DNA from: Sphacelaria rigidula
Taxonomy: Eukaryota
NCBI GenBank assembly: GCA_964200075.2
Contig: CAXNAA020000009.1
Coordinates: 1 to 40,827, forward strand
DNA: 40,827 bases
Direction: 5' to 3'
A program made the position numbers and the translations under genes. Shown here piece after piece: positions 1-11,855 of this stretch (positions within the stretch are counted from its first letter, which is position 1; every line of letters begins with the position of its first letter). A model generated the notes under the pieces. The model ran no database searches and was not told the DNA's origin. It saw nothing but the letters and a program-made list of their open reading frames with translations.

Positions 1-39
<39 letters not shown>
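1..39. repeat. (TGT)n microsatellite; (CAA)n on the minus strand
   Basis: 13 perfect TGT units at the window start. Confidence 0.95.
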
Positions 40-182
40 ATTCACATTAAAAGTCGTTCCGTTATCTGCGCAGTGCTGTACTGAGCATCTGACTCGGACG
101 TCTCCCGTGGTCACGGGCTACCACCCCATAAGAGCTTGGAAATGGTACTACAGGTTGGTTCAGGCATATCACCCAAAAAACA

Positions 183-495
183 CTCATCGGCAAAACCTCA
201 CGCCATTATAAGGCGTTAGACCCTGAAATTTTGCACAGGTGTTGTATGGGGCATTACTCACCTTTCGAAGGTCGAAATTTTTCTACTTTTTCCCCTACTT
301 TTCCCACCGTTTTTCGGGCGTCCCAGTTTTTTCCGGGAAACATCGATCCAATCGGACCCCCGTAAAACGGTGAAGAAAAAAAATAAAGAAACCTCGTTCA
401 CGTAAAGTTGCGTAGTGATCCATAGCACAGCTGTGTGAAATTTCAGGGTCTAACTCCTTCAAACGGCGTGAGGTTTTCCGCTTTTGTGCGATGAG
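183..495. repeat. Imperfect inverted repeat (arms ~183-259 and ~410-495) of a dispersed repeat family
   Basis: AAAACCTCACGCC...GTTAGACCCTGAAATTT(TG/CA)CACAG occurs on + at ~192-238 and on - at ~430-477. Confidence 0.75.
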
Positions 496-1323
496 CTTGG
501 ACGTGCCGCGGTGAAACCGCAAACTACTTGATTTTAGTACCAAAACGGCATTTTTGGGCCTTCTTTGACGTTTGTTTGACGATAGTTGATGCGGTGTGGG
601 AGTGCTGATGGTCGTGATCCAATCCGCGGGACCGAAATGTAAGCTGACCAGGGGAGATGGGTCGGTCCCTTGAGACAGACCACAGACTGGTCCCGAGGAA
701 GGGGAGGGGTTCTGAGCGAACAAATGAAAAAAATATATATAAATGATAATATATGAGGTTTAATTCCAGTTGCTTTCTTCCTTTTTTCTCACGGTCTTCT
801 CCTTTTCTCCTTTCTTGAGCTTCCCTTGGTCTTTTTTCTTCCGTTTTGGTTCCCTTGGGTACGTACGTCCACTTTGCGGAGAATGACCCAAGACTGGATC
901 ATGACTCTCGGAGATCAGTTAGTGTGCGATACTTGACCAAATCAATCAGTCAGTCAGTCAATCAGGAGCTTAGGAATATGGAATACTCAGCATTTTGTCA
1001 TGAAAGGTGTACTCATCAAGCAAAGAGCTTTTGCTTGGGTATAAAGCACGATGTGCAGTTGCGTTTAAGGCCAGCCTACGATGTTTTGTTCCGAAAGGAG
1101 GACTAGCACGCAGGCGGTTTGAGTGTTGATCGTGTGACAACAAAGCTGGTCACCATCCGTTCGAGTTCACGTATCCCTGCTTGTGCCAGCGCATCATGTA
1201 ATGGCTCTATTCGCGGGTACAGGTATTTTCACTATTTTGTTTCTTCGGTCGAAGACTCTCCGGACGTCCCGCGGTCAACGTCTTCAAAATGTGCACACTC
1301 TGGACAATGGCAGTGTACTCTAA

Positions 1324-1582
1324 TGTCAATAATTGCAATAGACAAAAAATGTACGGCGTAAAGTACAGTCCCCTTCACGCGGTATATTTTTGTCTATTGC
1401 AACTACTGACCATATACTATTGTCAGCAACATAATTGTAGTTGCAATCGCCCCATCATTTGCGCAGTCTATTTTTTGTCTATCGCAACTATTGACCATAT
1501 ATTGTCAGCGACAATAGTTGCAATAGATCTATACTTTACGCAGTACATTTATCGTCTATTGCAACTGTTGGACATGTGTTGA
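1324..1582. repeat. Palindromic minisatellite (~3 units of ~80-90 bp)
   Basis: Recurring TCTATTGCAACTA(T/C)TGACCATAT...TTGTCAGC..CA..AGTTGCAAT(AGA); each unit contains both orientations of TATTGCAACTA. Confidence 0.8.
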
Positions 1583-1723
1583 TCAGGGTGTGAAAATGTG
1601 CCGTACTTTCATGTGCGGCACATCCTTCGAACCAGCAGACTCGCAGTCGCCACGTAGCGTGAATTAAACGTTTGTGTATGCATCACACCCTGGCAAATAT
1701 ATCACACTTTTTGGCAATGGAGT

Positions 1724-2413
1724 ATGTTGTCATACATTCATGCATTTATTCATTCATCGAACGCGTGGCAGTCTGAACCTCTTTTTGCTCGTCCAATCGA
1801 TGTCATCCCTAACAACGCAGGCGGCGTGTCGCCATGTCAGCGAAGACATACAGACGTCAGCGATGCAAACCAGTCACTGCTCGTCAATGGCAGTCTCGGA
1901 GACACGAGCTCGTACCACGACAACGCCGGCGTAAACGGGGCGCATCTCCTACACTATTTTTTCGTGTTGACGCATCTATCCGTAGCCGCTGCGGTGGCTC
2001 TGTGCCTGTTTTTACGGGGGGTAACCGCGGGTGTGATCGGTGGAGCTTGCTTGGTGATCTTTTTGTCGATGGTGCTGTTCTTTCTAGCAACAGGCAGGAT
2101 ATACCGTGCATTACTGCAATACCACCACCGTCTGGATGATGGCCCAGATGGGGATCGCCTATTTGATGATGACGATGTGGATGCTGAAGCTTATGCCGAT
2201 GCCGGTGTTGAAGACCAAGGAGGATATTCGAACCGACCGCGATGTGCAGACAGCAGTGATGCGTCTGACGATGCTCATGCCGGGCGGCCGGCGGGGAGAC
2301 GCGAGGGAGGCACGGAGAGGCGAGGGGAACGAGATCGGCTGGTGCTGCCACAGAAAGTGGAGCATGACGCCGAGGAAGGAAGGGGTCTGTCGTACGGTGC
2401 GGTTAGAGCATGA
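1724..2413 (+). CDS. Hypothetical small membrane protein, possibly the terminal exon of a spliced gene
   Basis: 229-aa ORF with two adjacent hydrophobic segments (LLHYFFVLTHLSVAAAVALCLFL; VIGGACLVIFLSMVLFFLA) followed by an acidic tail. True start uncertain; possible CAG acceptor near 1771. Confidence 0.5.
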   Translation: MLSYIHAFIHSSNAWQSEPLFARPIDVIPNNAGGVSPCQRRHTDVSDANQSLLVNGSLGDTSSYHDNAGVNGAHLLHYFFVLTHLSVAAAVALCLFLRGVTAGVIGGACLVIFLSMVLFFLATGRIYRALLQYHHRLDDGPDGDRLFDDDDVDAEAYADAGVEDQGGYSNRPRCADSSDASDDAHAGRPAGRREGGTERRGERDRLVLPQKVEHDAEEGRGLSYGAVRA

Positions 2414-3307
2414 CGAATGCTGCATCGCTACGACAGCTCAGTTGTGTCAGTGAAGAACAGTGTTCGTCGTGCGCCGTTTGTTTGGCTGCGTAGCGGCTAC
2501 AATTTCGTGGCTTTTGGGGGAAGGAGCCTGTCTGGCTTGATGGGAGGGTGAGATAAGCTTGCAAGCTGTCGAGTTTTTTTATGTAGGTGACGACGGAAGA
2601 GGTGGTCGCGGTCGAGGTAGCTACACTTTACTGCACTAGACGTGTAGTTCTTGTGGTTGGTGACACCTCCTATTTTGATATTTGAAATTCTGGGCGATCT
2701 TCTTTCGGCGAGAAGCGAAGGATCCTCGTCTCCGAGGTGAATGTTGGCCAATGGGGCTGTGCCGACAGCAGTGGAATGATGTTGTTGCTGTACGATGCTG
2801 TGGTGTTCAAGTGATATTTTCGAAAACACGTTTAGATGGACTTTCTTATGGCTCACCTGTAGATGTGCGCGATTCGCGCTTGTGAGCGAGGGAGTTCTCT
2901 TCCTGTGTAGAATGTGTACAGTAGTGTAGCCTGTTATTACGTACCTGATCTGTTTTTTTTTCGCAAGTTCGCCGTTGCGTACTTTGTTTGATGTCATTGT
3001 CCAAACTCGATTTGTTCAGTAGCGGGATTGCTCATAATGCCGATAGCTGCATCGTTTGGCGGAAAGTCTGCCGCCTTCGACCGTGCAGGCAGGCAGGCTT
3101 TATCTCGCGCATCTGGACAAAGTCGAGTTGAAAAAAGAGAGTGATCGAAGGGCGTACATACATACCCAGCGATGCGAAAAGCAAACCGTTTGTTTAACGG
3201 CATATGCTTCGATGTAAAATGCACGTGGAGCATGCTCGGGACAACAGTTGGGTTTTGTGCCATGTGGCTCCAAGTTTTTGTGTGGTGGTTGTGTTCTGTT
3301 CGATCGT

Positions 3308-3344
3308 ATTGTTAGGGCTGGGTACAGTTGGATATATTCATGGT

Positions 3345-3405
<61 letters not shown>

Positions 3406-3528
3406 TTCTCCCCCCTGCCGCCCGCGCCGGCCCGCTCGTGACCGACCNNNNNNNNNNTTGTGTTTTTTGCGATGGTATTGTTGGGGCTGGGTACAGTTGG
3501 TTATATTCATGGTTCCCCCCCCCCCCCC
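3308..3528. other. Poly-C tracts and 10-N assembly gap (3448-3457) with duplicated flank
   Basis: ATTGTT(A/G)GGGCTGGGTACAGTTGG(A/T)TATATTCATGGT(A/T)CCCC occurs at ~3308 and ~3477, on either side of the Ns. Confidence 0.85.
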
Positions 3529-6373
3529 TCCCCCTCCCTTTCCACCCCCCCTTGCCCGCCTCTGTGTTGGGTCTCTTGCCCGTATTGCGAGAGACGCGCG
3601 TCGTTTCGAGCAACATGTGGAGATTGTCGGCCTCCCCTGTTTATACTTGTCTTGACCTCTATGCCCGAGGGGTAGACCCCCTTGTGGGTGGACATGATAC
3701 ACGAGGACATTGTGTGCTCCTGAGTTTTTGCTGTAGCATATACTGAATATTTTCGGGCGTGTCGCTTGATGCTGGGACGGAGCGTACGGGCGCGGGGTGT
3801 GATTGTTTTTCGCCGGCCGTGCTGTCCCTCTTGCTGTAATGACGGTGACCGGTCCGCTGTGAGGGTGATGGCGGGGGAGTCTTGTTGTCTGTTTTGTCTG
3901 TACGTCTGGAGTGGTTCACTGTACTGTTCGACCTGTTGTCACATCTTCCATATCGAATATTTCGAATATTTCGGGCCTGAGCTGCACTTGCTGCGAGCAC
4001 GCATGTTCGTATTTTGCTGTTGCCGCATATCGATTTTTACAAGAAAAAAAAATGAAGTGGAGTGGAGTGATGGTATTCTTGTACTCTGCCCCCCCCCCCT
4101 CCCCCCCACCTTGTGGCCGCCGTTGCTCGGCTGGCGAGAGTGTTGAGGGGTCTTAGACCAATTTTCTCGGCATTTGATTTGCATCTGACTTGTTTTGACG
4201 TTATTGGACGTAGTTTAGTGGTTGAGTTGATCCTGTGCGCTCGAAACTTGAATGTTTCTCCGCCTCGCCCCGCCGCCCCCCTCCCTCGTATTTTCTTTGT
4301 TTAGTCTAATGTTTTTCGGCTTGAGCCACTTAGACTAGAAGGGGTAATGCAGGAAACGTTGTTATCATGAGCGCATCGCGCACCCTGGTGGAATATGTAC
4401 AGCATCATTCCAGGAGATTCGAGTCGTTCGTCATTATCCAGCAGCGTGAAACCCCCCCCGTGTCTAGCTTTTTTTTTGTTTTTGGTGAGCTGGGCTATTT
4501 AGGAATAGAGGTGCCGTGACTTGTGTTGAGTGTAGGAGTGTGTCGACGTTATCTTTTTGCTGCATGTTGCACAAACTGGTGTAGTATTACCGTGGCCAGT
4601 TGAGAAGCAGATGAGCCGGGAAAGTGTGCTTCCGTTGATGAGGACCGTTCTCAACCATGGAAAGCAGGGTCGTTCCCCTCCCCCCCCCCCCCATATTTAT
4701 TCTCGTTCTTTGTTTCTTGTATTTGAAGAGTCGCACGGCTTAATATCTTTTTATCGCGATGTCGAGTCCCATTTCGACATGTGGAAAGTGGGAACCTCCC
4801 CCCTCCCCCCCCAAAAAAACCCAATTCAGCACGGTTGCCTGTTTCGCGCAGTTTTCGGGCATGCACAGCCCCGATACTGTTGGAACGTGACGGCACTGCA
4901 TGTAGATACGATTTTTGCCGTTATGGTGATCATGACATTTTGGGGCCTTGCGCTACTGGCATGACACAATGTGATGGTATGATGCGATGTGATGTCGAAT
5001 GTAGGATATGAGCCCCAAACCGTTTTGCGTTAAGTTGTCGTCTTTCCATTTTTGAGGTGGGGACAATGGGATGGCGCAAGGAAAAGATTCCGTGAGTACC
5101 CCCATCAGGGAGAATGTGCTTAAGTGCTTGGCCTTCATAGCCGGGACAGGTTGTATCGATGTGGTTTGTCTTCACTTCGTAAAAGTAGAAGTAGTGCTCG
5201 CATCTGCGGTGTGCGGTACGACTTTCCGTACACGCGGGGATTTTTTTTCTTTCCAGGTTTGGTTTGTTTTCTTTCCAGTAAAGTTTTACCCAACCCGTCT
5301 CTCCCCGAATGTATGGTTGGAACGTGGTTGGTTTTAGTGTAGATGATCATGTTCGGATTTTTTCAGGCGTGCAGATCTTGCGGCTCGCGCAGCGTGCTGT
5401 GAGCACGCGGCTAAGGACGCGAAATGTACCAAATACCACTTACCCGAGCAGTCTCGGTTGGCTTTGGTATCCTCAGGGTTTGGGTTAGGGGTGCATAGCC
5501 TTGAGGTTTCACGAAAACATCTAAACAGAGTTCCGGAAAATTGGGTTGAACATTGAAAAGGGGCTCTGTCCCCTTTGCGACGTTTCACATTCTTGCCCGA
5601 ATTGTTCCATCAACGCAAACAGCTTTGTATATTTTTCCTGATGACACTTTCCCTAGCTTTACTTGTCGTGCATTGTTGCCCCAGTGTCTGACGCCATATG
5701 TTATCTCCTTTCGTACATTCCCAACGACTCTGACCAGGTGGGGGAATCCGCTTTCATCGGGTTCACGTTCACTCATACGTGAAGAATATGATGCCGTTTT
5801 TTTTCGAGTCGTAGGAAAATTCGCAGAGGGTAGGGAGTTTCCGCCTTCAAAATTTCCTACTTTTATCTGTAAAACGTTTCCAGCAAGCAACGGGATTCCT
5901 TTTCCGAGAAACGAATGATGACCCTTTATTTTCAGAGAATTTGGGGGAAACCTTGGGACAGTTTTTTTCATGGCACCCGAAGGAAGTCGACGAAAGATCC
6001 TCCTATCACCTGTTGAGAGCCGTTTCGAATGCCCGAAAGGAGATGCGTATGGCGTTAGAGGCCGGAGCATTAATGCGCGACCAGGCGGGTAAGGGGAAGG
6101 TTAACCCTTAGACCGCGAGATTAGTCTTCCTGGATCATGCATACTTTTTTTCACTTGAAATTGATGCCGACTCAACAGAAGACTAACCTCGCGGTCTAAG
6201 GCTTAAACAGAGGGGAAAAAGAAAAGTTGCTTGCGTTGGTAAAACTTTTCGGGCAAGAGAGTGAAACTTGTCAAGGGGTTTGAGCCCCATTTCAATGTTC
6301 AACATTGTTTTTATGGAATTCTTCACAGAAGAGCTGGGCCGGCTAAAAGTACGCGGGGCTCGCCAGATGGACA

Positions 6374-6668
6374 TCGCCGCGCGCCGCTCAATTTCCCGAG
6401 TCGGGGCTTGAAATGTTGACACAGAGTTTGTGAGGTATTCATCATTCATAGCACGTCGCAGTTGATCTATTCCCTGATTCTTCTTCTCTTCTCTCGCCGA
6501 GATACGACCAACAACCAGGACCCAAGGAGTTGAGTTGATCGTGTTTCGGTGAAGGGGAAAAAAAGCGTGAGAAGGAGCTCGGACATCTGGATTGTGTCGG
6601 TGAGTATGTTGCAAATCACTTGTCAGGATTTCAGGTCTCAACTCAAAAGATTGAGCTGCGCATGGCGA
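6374..6668. repeat. Imperfect inverted repeat (arms 6374-6421 and 6621-6668)
   Basis: TCGCCGCGCGCCGCTCAATTTCCCGAGTCGGGGCTTGAAATGTTGACA versus the reverse complement of the right arm, TCGCCATGCGCAGCTCAATCTTTTGAGTTGAGACCTGAAATCCTGACA. Confidence 0.7.
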
Positions 6669-8622
6669 CGAGATTGTTATATGCAGATGCTGGCACCAAA
6701 TCGCTCTGCGTACAAATGCGCACGTACCCTTCCCTTACAATCCAAGTTTGTAGAATGTTTGGAGGACATGTAATACTTTGTAGCTTACCTGCGCCCCTCT
6801 CCGATACTGAAGACCTCGTTGAGAACGTGCGCTTGTTACCGCCATATTACCATGTCTGTCGGCTAGAACTTGACCTTTGCAACATAAAATAAAGGAACCA
6901 TGACATGAAATCGATGTACATCAGTTTTCATCTGTTCGCCGCGGGAGTGCACGCCCATGTCAGGAAAACTCAACTGCAATCTCGCCGCTGGTTTCTTTGT
7001 TCTCTAGTGACAGATGTTCAGGACTCGACACGGAAAGGGGAACGAAACGCGGAGACGCGAGTTTCACACCAACTTGGCGGATTTTGTTAGGAGTATGTTT
7101 AGTGTCATCCCATCTATTCTGGGCACCAGTCTACACCTGTTGGTATGTGTGGACGCATGAACCGCCATCACACAGGAGGATGGCCAGCACGACAGTTTTC
7201 TCCTCCGCCATTGGTTTTTAATACCCCACCTTCCTTGTGCGGGGTTTGCTCTTCATTTCATCATGATAGATTTTTTCGCTAGTAGGTGCTTGCCTTCCAA
7301 GTCTATTTGTTTTTTTTCAACCAAGTGCCCTTCAAAAATGGACGAGTCATACAAGAGCCGATCTTGAAGTTAAAGTTGGAACACTGGGATGGGGTTGAAG
7401 TCGTCTGCCAAAGAGTCAAATGTTGGGTCTGTTAAGCAAGCGCAGGCCGAGTATACGATACTCAGTATTCTGAAAGAGATATACTTTTGGATTTCAGTTA
7501 CCGAGTAGAGGACACGTGATACAGAATCACACTACCGTCACGAGTGGGACGCTACCGCGTCCAGGGCTTCCAAAGGAAGAATCATGTCTGCTCATGTCGG
7601 TTGTTGATTATGCCCTTCGCCGGTGACTTCGCACTGCCGCCTGGTGTGCGTCTGTGACAATTTCTACGGTGGCCACCCCCCGAAAGTGGCTGGTTTGGGG
7701 AGGCCAAATCTTCATGTAAATCGAAATGCAAAAGGCCGACCACAACGAGCAGCTGGACATTCCCACGCTTGGGTTCGTTCTCAATGATGTCGCCCATATG
7801 AGGCGCTTCATACAGCCTGAACGCAACCATCAGGCTCTGTATGACCAGTTTTTTCGTGACACCTTTGGGCTGGTTTGGGGGGGGGGGCACCGTCGAAAGT
7901 GTCCGGTATCTGTTTCATTGCCCTCAATTCATTGGGCACGAGTTATTTTGACTGTTCCTCTCTTTTCTGCCCGTCATGTCCGGCAGTGTGGTATCTCGCT
8001 TTTTCCACTGAAATTGTGTTTGTTCATCCCTTACTCCCAAAGTTTGTTTGTGCATGACGCCTTCAGAAAGGGTCTCGAATCAGCATGGTTCGGCATCGTG
8101 GTGCATTCATCTGACCACCAAAGCAGGTTACGAGCGTATTGCGCTCATAAAGCCCGCGAACTGTTGGAGCGAATGGATTAATATAATATCAAGTTCTAAA
8201 TACTGTTCCAAGGCTGGTGTACAATCCTTGATTATTTTCGGCACCCATCGTGGCTTAGCTGCACCCAACGACGACAATGCACCAACCAAATCCCAACTTT
8301 GTACACATGACCCTGCAAAAGGCACCATCACAGAGTAAAAGTCCCTCCGGCCTCATTAGATCATAGATCACGTGTTGAGGGCAATCCAGCCCAACCAACG
8401 CCAGGTGTGGCAGCTTGGCTAACACACAGAAGGAGGAATATCCACTTGCACCCACACTCAGCTCATGACCGCACGTATTCACATGGATTTGAGACCACTA
8501 CATCCTACATCAAACAAACGACTACGAACTTTCCTTTTGCTTCAGCCCAGAGAGCTCAATGAGACTCTTGACGTGTAGCCACCGACAGGTATCCACCACA
8601 CAGATCAATACAAATTATATTC

Positions 8623-11600
8623 CTAACTGGACATCTGACGCTGCAGTAACTCGAACCACTGCCGCAAAGCATCCGCTAAAGTCTCGGGCAGGGCTTCCAC
8701 ATGATTGAGCAAGATGTAGAAGGGGAACGGGTACTTGTCGAGGTAGCTTGACAGCATCAATTTCCCGCCCACATAGCTAGCTTCTCGCGTCTTCAGGATG
8801 GACGTGTCTCCCTCCTTATCCAGCACTGTCAAAGTCGAACGAACAAAAAGTCAAGGGGGAACGTTGCGGATGGAAACTCTTAGCCCGCACCTTCATCTTC
8901 TCATCAACCACCACGACAACAATATTACCTGGCGTGTACTCGTGCCCTCGTGAACGTCTCAGCGAAAATCAAGTCGATATATGCTCACACCAATTTCGGG
9001 ATACGTGGTCATCCTCTTCGAGCAAGACCAACACTACGGGATGAAACGCGAGTGACACGGTTTTGGGGTGCCAAGGCTCACTGAACAGCTTGAAGACAAG
9101 ATTGCTCCGGTCCGCCGCACTCCGTCATGCGATTGTGCGCCGACGACCGAATTAGCCCAAAGCTTCAAGAGTCAGCAGAAAGGAATCAGCTCACCAATCA
9201 AAACCAAAAGCTGTCCTCGCTCGTTCATCTCCCTGACTAGGGTCCGCAGACGATCCTTATTTTCCCGGTCGAATCGGCCATCTGATAGCATCAGAACCAA
9301 CTGACGGGGAGTACCCCTGGCACTCGCTCCACCCGAAGAAAAAGAAAAACTGCGTCGGGCCTCCTGCGCAATGAATTTCGTTGGGCCCGCACACGGGTTG
9401 ACGACACGCAGCTGAGAGATGCAATCATGGACTAGATGTTTCGGGTGTTACAGTGCGCCATGTAAAGCTACGTGGATAAAAACATGTTTTTTAATTCGAG
9501 TCAAGAAGGCAAGCGTATGCGCGTTTCGTGCTCACTCCATCGCCCAAAAGCGCAAATGCTCACGCCGATTTTGGGAGTTGGACTCTGAAAATATGTACAA
9601 TGCGACACCACAAAAAAATGTATGGATGGGGTGTTTCGGATCTTTTTGCGCCAGTCCTCGGAAGTCCCAGGAGGGCATGTGAGTCCCCACGACCCGGTGA
9701 CCCCGGAAAAATACCTCCTTTCACACGAAGTGACGTGATGTAACCCCCAACCCCAACCCTAATCCTAACCCTACATGCGGAAACGTTCTCAAGTCGAAGA
9801 ACTGTCGCGGACATTTGTGGATGGTGAGTACGCAAAACATGATCTCTTCGATATTGCGTCATCCTCCATTCGAAAGCGGAATGCAAGCTCAGCATTGGTC
9901 ACTGATGAACACCGCTTTTACCGTACAGCACCCACACACAGCAGATCAAACTTATCAAATCTAAGCGGAGGACACTCTAGCACAAAAGAATCGATTGGGC
10001 GCCATCAAATATTATTTGCCCTCACCTCGAGGAGGGCAACGACTCCTTCCAACATATGAGCCGTATTCGTGCGCGGCTGATCGAATGTGAATCCGCTGAC
10101 GATCTTGGCACCAGCTTGTTCGGTGAACGGCTCCCCAAACGCGTGTAGAAGATCCAGCTGCTCCCCAAACCTGACGACGAACGTAACATGTGCATGGGCC
10201 TTGAGAAAATTTGACGTCCAACACAGGAGAATATACTCTGACTGTTGACTGATCTCTGATTATTTTGCACAAAATCCCGCAAAGCACGCCCAACTTCCAA
10301 CCGTACCAATGTACACCAAAGTCTACTACTCGACAACTTGTACGACGGCGTTAGGAGCGGTCTGGCCACAAAAGTAACTGCCAGAATGCCCTGTGTTGCA
10401 CGTCCCTTATGATTCTGCTCTTGGCGAGGTTTTAGCGCCGCGTGCGCCACTGTGCACACCCAAAAGGTGAAATGCACGGCACAGCGGAGTAGTTAAACGC
10501 CGGGGTTTGTAAAGGCACACACCACAGGGGGGAAGGGGAGGAGGAGGAATTCCTCGGAACGGCAGAAGACACCTGGCTACTGCGGGTGTGATGCTCTTCT
10601 CCGTTATTTCACCTGGCGACGGCGAGTTGCCCGGCCTCGAGCTGCGTAAGGCCCGACGCTACAGTGGTCATGGCCGCCAGGGCAAGCGCTCCCGCGCCGC
10701 AGTCCGCCATAGACTGTGAATCGTCAATCGCCATCAAGATCTGGCGAAGACACGAGACATATGTAGGAGTTGAATGAAAACAACTTCACGCCGCCCACTT
10801 GTCGAGCCATGTTTGCCTAGCCAGAACTCGTGCGAACTCCAGTATCGGTTCACGACATTCTCATCGTCCGAAAGTCTACCGTTTTCGATGCATCGACGGG
10901 GGTGGGAGCGTGCAGGTTCCCAATCGCCAGGGAATATTTCCAGTATCAACCATACAAATTTCGAAGAAATTGCTGGGTCGGGTTACAGCCCTCAACCCCT
11001 TGCCCGCGAGGGTAGCTCACCTGCTGCATCGTGCTCCAAGGGTTGAAGGGGTCAGGAAGATGTTGCGATTGTACTGATACATTCCGGAGTGATCAATACT
11101 GCGGGATCAAGAAAGACCCACCCATGACGATCGGTTACAAAAACACCCCCACTCGCCGAGTAAAAAACACAGTAATTTTATACGGTGGATCGCTGGACGG
11201 ACAGGACGAAGCCTCGAGATCACTTGGCAGTTTTTTGTTCCAGCTAGCGAGGTCACGTCAACCGTAGGTTGAGTTAGCTCGCCGGTCAAAGCCCCTGGAG
11301 AAGGTCAGGGTTTTCATCATCGGCTTCGCTCTGCGCATAACGAGTACCCCCGCAGAATTCCTCACAGTCAACGATATCATCGGTTAGAGAGAAGCCAACA
11401 CGACTTTCGTCTGCACACAAAAAAAATCACAACAACCATATACTCCCCCCGCAATAGTGTAGCTGCAATAGAAATGTATCGAAAAACTGTAATTGGCATT
11501 AGGCTGTACTTCACGCAGTACTCTACTGCAACTGTTGAGCATGTCTTATCCAGTATGAAAAGTACCGAGAGGATTGTTCCAACCAGTCGGGCACAGCCGC

Positions 11601-11855
11601 GTGTCTTCACCTGATAGTCTCTTTTAGCAGGTTTCGTCCTCCTTAGCCATATCTTATCCTTCCGGAATCCTGATGCGATATAGGGGATCACCCTTCGCAT
11701 GTTGATCCGTTTGCCAGAACGGTAGTCACCCTGAAGCTTGGTGGCCACCATGGGCTCCAAGACCAGCCTCAGTTGCTCGCACAGCCTCTGAGAAAGACCG
11801 GCGGTCACGCCTCGCAATTTGCCCCATAGCTCGGCTGGAAGCACGGCCCCCGCGT
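8623..11855 (-). CDS. MDN1: Midasin C-terminal MIDAS (vWA-like) domain exons
   Basis: Exons 11611-11855, 10613-10740 (ILMAIDDSQSM, DxSxS motif), 10026-10170 (FTFDQPRTNT), 9195-9363 (LMLSDGRF) and 8623-8825 (YPFPFY...RQWFELL..., stop TAG). Confidence 0.94.

Noticed and set aside
3100-3746. Poly-Pro/poly-Gly ORFs
   Set aside because: Products of poly-C tracts spanning an N gap with a duplicated flank; likely an assembly artefact.
4062-4085. Peptide EVEWSDGILV resembling midasin FKWSDGILV
   Set aside because: Short match in low-complexity non-coding context, on the opposite strand, with no flanking similarity; treated as chance.
4300-8620. Assorted 60-160-aa ORFs between the two genes
   Set aside because: No recognisable motifs or exon chain; probably UTR, intergenic DNA and decayed repeats, though a small gene cannot be excluded.
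11300-11323. AUGAUGA followed closely by CUGA in an intron
   Set aside because: Boxes only 5 nt apart; no recognisable rRNA guide or downstream D box with a stem.
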